Part shown: one piece after another, positions 21,601-30,424 of the stretch
Position numbering within the stretch: position 1 is the first letter of the stretch
How the letters are laid out: each line of letters begins with the position of its first letter
Source of the DNA: Diplonema japonicum
Taxonomy: Eukaryota > Protista > Euglenozoa: Diplonemea
Direction of reading: 5' to 3'
DNA: 64,000 nucleotides
Assembly: GCA_964019335.1 (NCBI GenBank)
Contig: OZ025710.1
Coordinates: forward strand, 186,001-250,000
Notes under the pieces: generated by a model
Database searches by the model: none
Told to the model about the DNA's origin: nothing
What the model saw: only the letters and a program-made list of their open reading frames with translations
Position numbers and translations under genes: made by a program

Positions 21601-23801
21601 CGGTCGTTCCACGCACAAGAAGGACGACAGACTTCGATACCGCATGGGTTGATAGGACAGCCTGTTGTGTCCATACGAATCTTCCCTTTAGCATCGAGAT
21701 CTGCATAATAAGAACAGTCGATGGGAGGCTCGCGGCACCGTGGGGTAGGGCACGACATCTCTGTACAGGTCTCTGTTCCCTGTTCGATGGTGCAGATGAG
21801 ACGCTTGCTTGAAGTGCGTGCTTCACGTTGGCATTTTTTCTCGCCGTCTGCTGAACAGCCCGAAGTGCAGACATAATGGCACGGGTCGGCGGGGCACCCG
21901 TCATACGGGTCCACCTTACCATCAGACTGGTAACTGCACCCTGGAGGAAGTTTCGGACAAGTTATACCAGGACAAGGCCTGTCAACGCATGTGGTCGAGC
22001 CATCTGGCTCCACCTGACAGTCTTTGTATTGTTTGGAGCATGCTGCTGCGGCAGCGATGTTGCAAACCGTGCTGCTAGCCACGCAAGCACCCGAGGTGTC
22101 CTCTGCTGTTTCGGGAAGGCATGTGCAGGTGTACTCCCCGTTGACCTTCCCATCGGGGTCGAAACAGGTTTTGTCCTTGTCGCATGGTAGTGTGCTGCAG
22201 TCTGTTGTCAAAGAAGTCAGCTTCACGCACTTTCCAGCGGTGTCGCAGATCCCATGTATCTGGTTCACTGTGCAGTCCCACCCTGAGCGGGTTTTTTTGA
22301 TGCACTTCCCATCAACACACGTCATGTAGAAGCATTGGTCGCTGCCGTAGTCACAGGTCGTAGCGCACGTGCTTCCCTCCTGCACCACGCAGACCCCGCT
22401 GTTGCATGTCCCCGCAACCTTTTGATCGTTCTCGCACGCAAGCGAGTTCGCCATGTCCTGTATCATGCACAGCCCCGCCTTGCACACCCACTCCCTACAG
22501 CTCTCCTTCAGCGAACCACTGCACACGACCCCTTGGCATGCTTCAAAACACGTCCCGTTCCCTTCGTACGACTGCGTGCCAGGATTGCACTTGTAAGCCT
22601 GCACGACACGGCACCTGTAGTCAGGGGATACAGGCACCAGCCTGCAGGCATTTGTGCTTACATTGCAAAGCAGCTCGCCGTTGGGGACGGACGGCGGGGG
22701 GCCGCAAACAATAGGCGGCGACGGCGTGGGCGGTGGGCTTGGTGTAAGGGGACTAACTGTCATAGGAGGCTGTGGTGTAGGAGGACTACCTGTCATAGGA
22801 GGCTCCGGTGTATCTGTCACACGACCCTGCGGTGGTGACGTAGGAGGAAAGGGTGTCGGAACGTTGGTGCTTGGAGGCTGCGGTGTAGGAGGCTTGTTGG
22901 GGGGGTAGGTGTCAGGTATAGGGGTGTTAGGACTAGAGGTATAAAAAACCACAGGAGTGGGGGTCGGTGTATTGGTTCTCGGGGAGGGAGTATCCGGGGG
23001 GTCGGTGTCCGCAGGAGTGGGGATCGGCGCCAGGGTGTCCAAAAAGCAATCTGTCTTATCTTCGTAAGCTCCGTCCAAACACCGCAAGGCCCCTGGACAG
23101 GTGGTGCCTTGGCCTATTGTGATGTCGCAGGTCGTATTGTGTTTCTTGGCATTGGAACAGTCTGCAGTGAAGAGGGCGTTAGCCTTTACGTTATAGGTAC
23201 CACTGCAGTCGTCGTGGCAGCTGATGGTGTTCACCCACTCGTAGCTGGAGTTACACTTCAGGACGCCCAAGCAACTATGTCCTGGGTTAGGTGTGATGGT
23301 GCATGTCTCATCTATATCGGTGAAAGGCGACGGGCATGTGTAGCCAGCGTGGTCGATGTTAACACCAGGGTGACTGCAACCGCAGGAAAACGATGAAGTG
23401 TCGTAGTTACCTGATTTGCACACCGGTGGTTCGGAGCACGCTGTGTTTTGGATCCCGTTGTTTACGACGCAGGACTCGTCTTTTTTTTTCGCGAGCGAAC
23501 AGTCGAAAGTTACCCCAGAGATCGGGGAAGGGGGTGCCTGCCCATCGCACGTCTTATCACATGCCACAGTGTTCTGCCAGTCTGAAGTTGTGGAGCCTCT
23601 CACGCACGTCACGTCACCTGTACATGAATAACCCGCTGTAGGTGTCACTGTGCAAGTTGTGCCTGGGTCTTTGCTCATGCAGGAGATAGTCCGTTCTGAG
23701 CTTGCCTGCTTGTCTGAAAAAACAGGGCACTCTTGCCCTGCTGCGGTCCCTGCTGATACCAACATAATTATCGCAATTTGTTTTTTTATTCTCGTTATCA
23801 T
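18693..23801 (-). CDS. Large cysteine-rich type I membrane/surface protein (1702 aa)
   Basis: Signal-peptide-like N-terminus, Cys-rich modules, Pro/Thr linker, GCPxxPC repeats, ~9 CCxxxxxGC-type repeats and a C-terminal TM segment (WWIFIIIGCGVMTLPVVVYFAVM); intronless. Confidence 0.9.
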   Translation of the reverse strand: MITRIKKQIAIIMLVSAGTAAGQECPVFSDKQASSERTISCMSKDPGTTCTVTPTAGYSCTGDVTCVRGSTTSDWQNTVACDKTCDGQAPPSPISGVTFDCSLAKKKDESCVVNNGIQNTACSEPPVCKSGNYDTSSFSCGCSHPGVNIDHAGYTCPSPFTDIDETCTITPNPGHSCLGVLKCNSSYEWVNTISCHDDCSGTYNVKANALFTADCSNAKKHNTTCDITIGQGTTCPGALRCLDGAYEDKTDCFLDTLAPIPTPADTDPPDTPSPRTNTPTPTPVVFYTSSPNTPIPDTYPPNKPPTPQPPSTNVPTPFPPTSPPQGRVTDTPEPPMTGSPPTPQPPMTVSPLTPSPPPTPSPPIVCGPPPSVPNGELLCNVSTNACRLVPVSPDYRCRVVQAYKCNPGTQSYEGNGTCFEACQGVVCSGSLKESCREWVCKAGLCMIQDMANSLACENDQKVAGTCNSGVCVVQEGSTCATTCDYGSDQCFYMTCVDGKCIKKTRSGWDCTVNQIHGICDTAGKCVKLTSLTTDCSTLPCDKDKTCFDPDGKVNGEYTCTCLPETAEDTSGACVASSTVCNIAAAAACSKQYKDCQVEPDGSTTCVDRPCPGITCPKLPPGCSYQSDGKVDPYDGCPADPCHYVCTSGCSADGEKKCQREARTSSKRLICTIEQGTETCTEMSCPTPRCREPPIDCSYYADLDAKGKIRMDTTGCPINPCGIEVCRPSCAWNDRALCAVSSPRKDCTINAAGEPECVEFKCPTTDCSQPPSGCVYTTIKGGTPMDVKGCPIYPCGMLDCSTQETCTEDQRKQCVLQNKACIPSGAGQGVCVGKECPMMKQACTPSLGCTFSKDIVIGQDGCPVHTCGKEICTPINLCETITCTAPLVCKVLQSGPKCVNHGDDDLCELLTCPHGTSCHLKDIRTAMCIDTNEVNCGGCINSQKCVSVLKPSLQITSWQCIAPSECRDACSCSGRPCSSLEQCTLTNDGKSYECLLRTAPTEQDLCSQIVCSPGYDCLVMEDQTSCQPRSQCPVCNATSHCENGRCVPNTCTQDCASTETCMSVDSNTTTCIANDLCKEFSWPPEEGVCTVDADCSSGMVCPSFSNAVKSGLVSKWCECNPDTGKPWKCVNSVFTDHRYCVPEIWACKEGTITGEEENEWCCNVRGKHCGTFHCKTSPYSGEQPENWTDAKKKACCEKTGVLGCPTTKPYDCTTTEEWTAEKVQWCCVNEKLGCPIDTFDCSGSDTSAWSELKNKWCCVVRKKGCRNLPTPVYNCSTAEVFSSEKKGYCCANFGFGCFDNKPVQNCPTSDASQWTTVQREYCCDTVSRGCEGDNATQGPFDCTKNANNQSSVEKDWCCTYRGVCETPIALSCSTRPTNTQSQQDCCRLHEKWCEYECPADPYITTNMASGQKTYCCNVKGVGCGASTPPNPAGSKNWRVYRLTLTASWNKVVRNPKRFLEKFAVTLQAVTEVGSYMRVLQTGPLNDDGDVPEEFSPRGEQLFRFPEEWTASDSSDSSGSDEEHSNVRQSTVMGGSPSPSDPVYKELGTENKIFVDFTMDAPAEVFDKSDKNLVDAVMNGKVNKGPLSQSSRGTTYVIGPYGSQPLTVLENGDSSGGSGSGAPWWIFIIIGCGVMTLPVVVYFAVMRKARAKEIAERGYGEQPGKTFADVHTQDFEMHLVANSYNATATNAQTENKKIIETGNI

Positions 23802-24333
23802 GATTTAAAAAATATTTTTTTTTTCTTGGGTCCGGTGTTGTGTTTTTTTTTGTCCCCTCCCTCCTTTTTTTTGGGGTGGGTGGGTGGGTGAGGAGAAAAG
23901 GAGAAAAGATAATATAAAAAAAAGAAAGTGTAGGAAGGGTAGAGGGGAGGGGGGGGGGGGGGGGGATATCTTTTTTTTGTTATAAAAAAACCAATTCTTT
24001 AGTAAAAAAAATCCCCTTCATTCTAGTTAGGGAGTCTAAAAAAAAAAAAAAATAGGGGAGAGAAAAACACCAAAAACTCTTATGGGCCACACTAAAAAGT
24101 TAGGAAGGTTATTTAACATGCTTCTTACCCCCCCCCCCCCCATACACACACACAACGAGAAATAAATCGCTCTAAGAATTTTATGGAAAAAGAAAAAAGG
24201 AACTAATATTTCCTTGTATTTTTTTTCTCCTGGAGTGTAGTCTCTCTCTCTCTCTTCCCTTCCCCTCCACCCTTTGTTTTAAAAAAGAAAAAAAAACACT
24301 GAACAAATATAAAAAAAATATGTTCTTCCCCTT

Positions 24334-25778
24334 TTACAGATAAAGCCCAGCTGGAGCACCTTCATCTTTTTTGTACATAACATTTTCTTTACCCTTCAAG
24401 AAGTCATCTTGACAGACCTTTTTTTTTTTTCTTTTTTTTTTCCCTCCACCAGAATACCTTCATTCTCCTATCACGTAAAGCAATCAACCCAGCTTCCGTG
24501 CACATGGCCTTAATATCAGCGCCGGACATGTCATCTTTAGAGTGGATGAATTCCTCAAGTTTTACGTCTTCCCCGAGAGACATCTTACCGGTGTGGATTT
24601 CAAAAATCATCTTTTTGGTTTTTTCATCGGGGAGAGGGAACTCAATTTTTCTGTCGATTCGCCCAGGACGGATCAGAGCAGGGTCTAAGGAGTCTATTCT
24701 GTTCGTCGCCATGATAACCTTGACCTCGCTGTTCGACTCGAAACCGTCCAACTGAGTGAGGAGCTCCAACATGGTTCTCTGGATCTCCTTCTCCCCAGAC
24801 GAAGAAGTGTCGTACCTAAAAAAATTTTTTTTAGGGAAAAAAAAAAAAAAATACCGTTTGGTTCCAATCGCATCGATCTCGTCGATGAAAACGATGGACG
24901 GGGCGCATTCCTCAGCCACTCTGAACACCTCCCTTACAAGCTTCGGGCCTTCCCCGAGGTATTTCTGAATGAACTCCGACCCCACAACCCTCAAGAACGT
25001 CGCAGATGTTTGGTTCGCAACAGCCTTGGCTAGCAACGTTTTACCCGTCCCAGGCTCCCCGTACAAAATAACACCTTTGGGAGGCTTGATACCGATGGCT
25101 TCGTAAAGCTCGGGATGGGTCAGAGGGAATTCGACTGCTTCCTTGATTTCTTGAATTTGAGATTGAAGACCACCAATATCGGCGTATGACTCCAAAGGAG
25201 CCTTGTCAACCTTCATTACATTGACAAGGGGGTCTGTTTCATGCTGGAGGATACCTACGACAGTGTGGTTTCTGTTGCCCAAGAGGAGGGAACATCCAGG
25301 GTGCAGCTCCTCCTTGTCAACGAAGGATAGGACGGGCACATAGTACTCGCCTTGTGTAGAGACGATTGCGTGATTGTCGTCAATCATCTCCTCCAGCTGG
25401 CCCACCTGGAGGGGCATTCCTCGTAGTTCCTCAACCTTAGCCAGTTCTTCTTCAATTGTGGAGGGCGGGTTGGGCCTGTCCATACAGGTTTTAATGAACT
25501 CCTCTTCCATCAGCAAGAAATCCTTCACTCTTTCCAAACGGAGCTGCCTGAGTCTGCATTTTGTCAAGGGTTTGATGGTGGGCATCCGGTGGGCTGTGTC
25601 GGGTCCCTTCTTCCGCTTCCTAGTAGAGGATTTTTTTTTTCTTTTTTTTTGTGAAAACATACTTCTTTCCCACTGTAGGTGCCGGTGGTGGTTCCCATTT
25701 CTTCTGTTCTTTTTTATTCCCTTGCCCTGCGCCCTGGCCAGCCTGCCCTCCCTGGCGCTGGCTTTGCTGGTTACCCAT
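24334..25778 (-). CDS. PSMC1: 26S proteasome regulatory ATPase Rpt2; introns 25620-25662, 24816-24854, 24418-24457
   Basis: MGNQQS N-terminus, [30 protein letters not shown] and the C-terminal GLYL* reached after splicing. Confidence 0.97.
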
Positions 25779-25994
25779 TGTGTTTTTTTTTCCCCCTCCT
25801 TCTTTTGTGTTTTTTTTGGGGGGGGGAAGAATGAAACCAAAAACAATATGAACAGATAGAAAATATAAGAAAGAAGAAAGAAAGAAAAACTGAACAATGA
25901 GAATTAAAAGAACGAAAGCTCTTTTTTTTGTTGTTTGTTTGTTTGTTTTGTCTGCGGAAAAAAAAGGAATTTATGAGCTAAAAAAAAAAAAAGG

Positions 25995-26025
<31 letters not shown>

Positions 26026-26027
26026 GA

Positions 26028-26627
26028 TTACAATATACGGCAATTAACATGGCAAAACGCATCATGGTGAGTACAAGGGTCGTGCCGGTACTTTTTGGAA
26101 ACCAAAGACTTGGGCAAGCTTGTGGAGCCTTCGGAGCAGGGGTCAGGTGATGCCACACGAGAAGGGGGGAGGGAAGGCGAAGTGGGCCTTGTGGTCACTT
26201 TCGTGAATGAAAAATCTGTCGGAAGCCGCGCTGCTGACGTAATATTAAGAAAACCGGTTTTCGGAGTGGGGTGGTAGTGGCTTAATGTCACAGATTTTTC
26301 AATGATTTTGTCGGTTTCAAGGGACACGCGGAAGGAAAGGACAATTGGTGTCAGAAGCCGTGTCTTGTTGCTCACAACACTCAAGCACACAAATTCTCCT
26401 GGCTCAGTGATCATGCACCTGTCACCCCACCATACAGAGAGTCTTTCTCCCTTGCCTCCCCATATTAATTTTCCTACTCTTACCCTTACAGTTACTATGC
26501 CTTTTCCCTTGCCCTTCTTGACTCTTTCAGATCGTCCTGCCGTGCTTGCGCTTTCGGCATCGCTGAGCACATTCTCAACCAGTTCAGCCTCTTCTTCGAA
26601 AAGAGGAAGCTGTACTTCTGTGTCCAT
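26028..26627 (-). CDS. Hypothetical protein
   Basis: ~199-aa frame starting MDTEVQLPLFEEE just downstream of an A-tract; no recognised family. Confidence 0.6.
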   Translation of the reverse strand: MDTEVQLPLFEEEAELVENVLSDAESASTAGRSERVKKGKGKGIVTVRVRVGKLIWGGKGERLSVWWGDRCMITEPGEFVCLSVVSNKTRLLTPIVLSFRVSLETDKIIEKSVTLSHYHPTPKTGFLNITSAARLPTDFSFTKVTTRPTSPSLPPSRVASPDPCSEGSTSLPKSLVSKKYRHDPCTHHDAFCHVNCRIL

Positions 26628-27502
26628 GTGTAATGTTTTTTTTTTTTTTTTTTTTTTTTTTTGCCTAATTGGTACGGAAACAGGGGAAAATAAATTATTG
26701 TAAAAAAAAAAAAAAAAAATGGAGACAGTAAAAAGAAAAATAAAAATAAAAAGAGAGAAGGAATATGTGGAACGCGTGAGAGGGAAGAAAAAAAAATAAT
26801 AATAGGGGAGAGCGAGAGGGGGAGGTGCTTTCCTCCCCCCTCCCAACACACCTGTTTGTATATGGACACGCCAGTTTTTTTCTTTTTTTTTTTGACCTTT
26901 TCTTATTGTATCGGTTCTTCTTGTGAGAGTTTTGTTAAGGTTTTTTTATAAAAAAAAAAGAAGGAAAGGGGTTCCGAAGAGAGAGAGAGAGAGAAAGAGA
27001 GAGCAGGGGGATTAAAAAAAAATAAGGAGAACAAAAAACATGGGGAAAGAGTAGTAAAATTAGTATAAAAAAGGAATAGAAGAAAATGACAAAGAGATGG
27101 GGGGGGGGGGTAGGTACATCGATAGCAGTTTTTTTTTAAAGAATGACGAAAACTTTTTACAAAAAAATTCCCTCTGAAGTGTCCGTTCACTCGCTCGCTC
27201 CCCCCTCCCCCCCCCCCCCAATTCTCACATATTTTATTTCTTTCTTTTTTTTTAATTTTCTTCTCCCCCCCCCCCCATTTCCTCCTTCAAGTTAACACGT
27301 CTTATGCAAAAGAAAAAAAAAAGAAAGAAGCGAGTGTCGAAAAAAAAAAAGAGACAGTGGGAAGAGAAAGTATATATAAAAAAAAAAGCCTTTATCCAAA
27401 GACCCGTTTTTCTTCTTTTTTAATCTTCTTCTTCCCCCTCCCTCTTTCTTCTTTCTTATTTGTTTTTTCTTTTCTTTTTTTTTCTTTTTTTTTTTTTTTT
27501 TT

Positions 27503-28000
27503 TTAGACTTTACCCTCGTCCAACTGGCTTTTAATTTCCTTGTTCACATAAGCTATGGATGAAGAGTTGACACAATGTCGCTGGTTGGTAGCGGTGAGGC
27601 CTTCGCCATTAAAAACGTGTCCTAAATGCCCGTCGCAAATCTTGCAGAGAATTTCTGTTCTTGCCATTCCACCAGAGCCGTCGGATCGCGTCGCTACAAA
27701 TTCAGTGTAACATTTATCGAAAGCAGGCCAACCGCAACCGCACGCGAATTTAGATTTTGCACTGTATAGGGGTGTCCCACAACCCTTGCAAGAGAAATAA
27801 CCGGTCAGAGGAAGGACCTTGTTTAAGTCCCCCCGGTGAGGCGAGTCTGTGGCTCCTTGCCGCAGCACTTTGTACTCCTGTGAAGTCAGCTCGCTTCTCC
27901 ACTGCGCGTCAGATTTTTCGACCTTAGTGCTTCTCATCCTCAAAGGTTTCGCTTTTGAAGACAGGTGGCAGGTGCAGCAGTTGAACAGCTTTGAGAGCAT
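27503..28000 (-). CDS. msrB: Methionine-R-sulfoxide reductase (Cys-type)
   Basis: Two CxxC zinc motifs, GCGWPAF, GHLGHVF and RHCVNS. Confidence 0.95.
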   Translation of the reverse strand: MLSKLFNCCTCHLSSKAKPLRMRSTKVEKSDAQWRSELTSQEYKVLRQGATDSPHRGDLNKVLPLTGYFSCKGCGTPLYSAKSKFACGCGWPAFDKCYTEFVATRSDGSGGMARTEILCKICDGHLGHVFNGEGLTATNQRHCVNSSSIAYVNKEIKSQLDEGKV

Positions 28001-29536
28001 AAAGTGTTATCCTTTTTTTTTTGTTTATTATTATTATTACCTTCGTTGTGAACGAAAGACCCCCCCCCCCCCCCCGGCAAAAGAAGGAAGAAAAAAAAAA
28101 AGCAATACAGGAACGGCAAAAAAAAAAAAAAAGGTGACAGGTTTTCAATCACGGTAATGCCCTAACTGCGATGGTAACTAAAAAAAAAAAGACCGAAATA
28201 TAAAAAAATAAAAAAAAAAGGGAAAATAAAAAAAAATGAGAGGTAGAAAGAGAGGGAAAGACAAAAAAGAAAGGAACGGGTCAAGGGAAGGGTGGGCATG
28301 GGACCTCGTCATGTGAGACAGAAGTCTTAGCAAAAAACCCACAATAGGGGGGGGGGGGGGGGGGGGTAGAAGGCTTACAAAAGGGAATAAGACAAAAAAT
28401 ACACGGTGATTATGCAAATTAAGAAAAGGGGGAGGAGGCTGGGGAGAATAAGGAGAGGGTGTTTTTTTTTCCCCCCCTCCTTCTTCCCTACCTCCCCTCT
28501 GATTTCCTTGTGTGTATATTGCTGCTAAAGGGGGGAAAGGGACGATAAAGTACCCCAAGGAAGAATAAAAAAAAAGGAAGTAGGAGAGAAGAAAAAAATA
28601 AAAGTATGGGCAATCACGGCAATATACCCAGGACAAGGTTGTCCTACCTAAGTAACTGGGCATGGAGTTGTGTTTTTTTTTTTTTTTTTTTTTTTTTTTT
28701 GATTTCCTTCTTTTTTCTCTCTCTTCTATGCCTCCTTTCATTGCCTTTTTCTTTCTTTCCAAGCAGTCGGAACACCCCTATGATATTTGTTTTTTTTTTC
28801 TCGCAGCAGTAATAGAAAAGAAAAAGAAAAAAAAAAATAGCAAGCACAAGATAAGTATAAAAAAATTCCAACTTTCAAAAAAAAAAAAAAAAAAAAGAAA
28901 AACTATTTGCAAACTGCGGCGAGAGTAAGTGGAAATAAAGAGTTTGAAAAAAAAGAAAAAGGAAGGAAGAGGCACTGTGAAAAAGAAGAAGGGAAAAAAA
29001 AATGACAATTTTTTACCCCCCTCCATCTTCTATATATAATGACACAGCCCTTGTTTGTTGAGAATACGAATGCACTTCTCGCTTTTTCAGGAAAGAAAAA
29101 AAAGCATTCCTCTTTCTTTTTCCCTCTCTTCTTTCGCTTCGTTTCCTTTTCTTCCCCTTTTTCTCTTTTGGGGGAAAAAGGGTTGGAAAAAAAAAACAAA
29201 AGGGATGAAAGAAAAGAAAAATAAAAAAAGTGACAAAGAGGGAAGGGAGGACCTCTTGCCTGTATACGGAATGTATTTCTTTAACTGAAATAAGGGGGTC
29301 GAAAAAAAAGTTGGAAATAGAAAAAAAATAATAATAATAATAATAAAAAACCGAGAGGAAGAAATTGAAGATTGTTGGCGATTAAAAAAAGCTGCTTGAC
29401 CCGAATTCTGAAGAATTTTTTTCACGGTGGCGCGGTTGGGGGGATAAAAAGAAGAAAGAAGGAGCAAAAACAAAAAACAATATATGAGTTAAAGGAGGCC
29501 GGTGTTGGCGGCGCCCTTTTAAAACAAAAACAAAAA

Positions 29537-29572
<36 letters not shown>

Positions 29573-30424
29573 AGAAAACGAAAAAAAGGAAGAAGGGAGG
29601 GAAAAGAAAAAAAGAAAGAAAAAAAGAAAAAAAGAAAAAACCACCAGAAATAGAGGACCCTGCCTCTACATTCCAGTTTTATGTTTCTCGTTTCATTTCC
29701 CTTTTTTCTCTTTTTTTCCTTCCGCTTTTTTTTTTTTTTTTTTAAATCTCTACCCTTTTTTTGCTTTACCTTTTTTTTTTTTCCTTCTTTTTTTTTTTTG
29801 CTCCCTCTTAAAACTAGTAACCCACCGAGTGTCTACACCCCCTTGTTTAATTCTTCTTCCTTTTTTTCCATCTTTTTGTTCCTCAGCTTTTTCAACCATT
29901 GCCACCAATATTTATTTTTTTTGTTCTTTTTCTTCTTTTTTTTTGTTTTGTTTTTTTTTGCCTTGCTTTCCGTAATCCTTTTTTTTTTATTTATTATTTC
30001 TGTCCTTCATCGCCTTTCAGGCCGACTGGGCAGGAAAAAAAAAAAAAGAAAATTGTGAAAATCAAGGTAGATCGGGGGGGGCTCGTGATATTTCTTCTTT
30101 TTTTTTAAAAAAAAAAGTTCACTTTTCCTTTGGAACGCCCTGTTCTTCTTTTTTTTTTCTTCTCTTTCTTTATCAAAAGAAAGAAAAGAAAATGAAACTG
30201 AGAAAACCATTCACAGGGTAAAGCGGTGGTGGGTGGGGGGGAGGTGGTAAAGAGCATATTTCTTTGAGTTTTTTTTTTTTTCCCGCATAATTTTTTTTAT
30301 CGAAGAAAAAAAAAAAAAAAAAAGGGGGAAAAAAAAAAAAAAAAAAAAAACTATTTGTGTATAAAAATAATGTATTCGAAGGGAAAAAAAAAAAAAAAAA
30401 AAAGCACTTTTTTTTTTTTTTTTT

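Noticed and set aside
27503-28000. Selenoprotein MsrB or stop-codon reassignment
   Set aside because: The catalytic residue is Cys; no in-frame stops were seen in reconstructed genes, and TAA, TAG and TGA all terminate.
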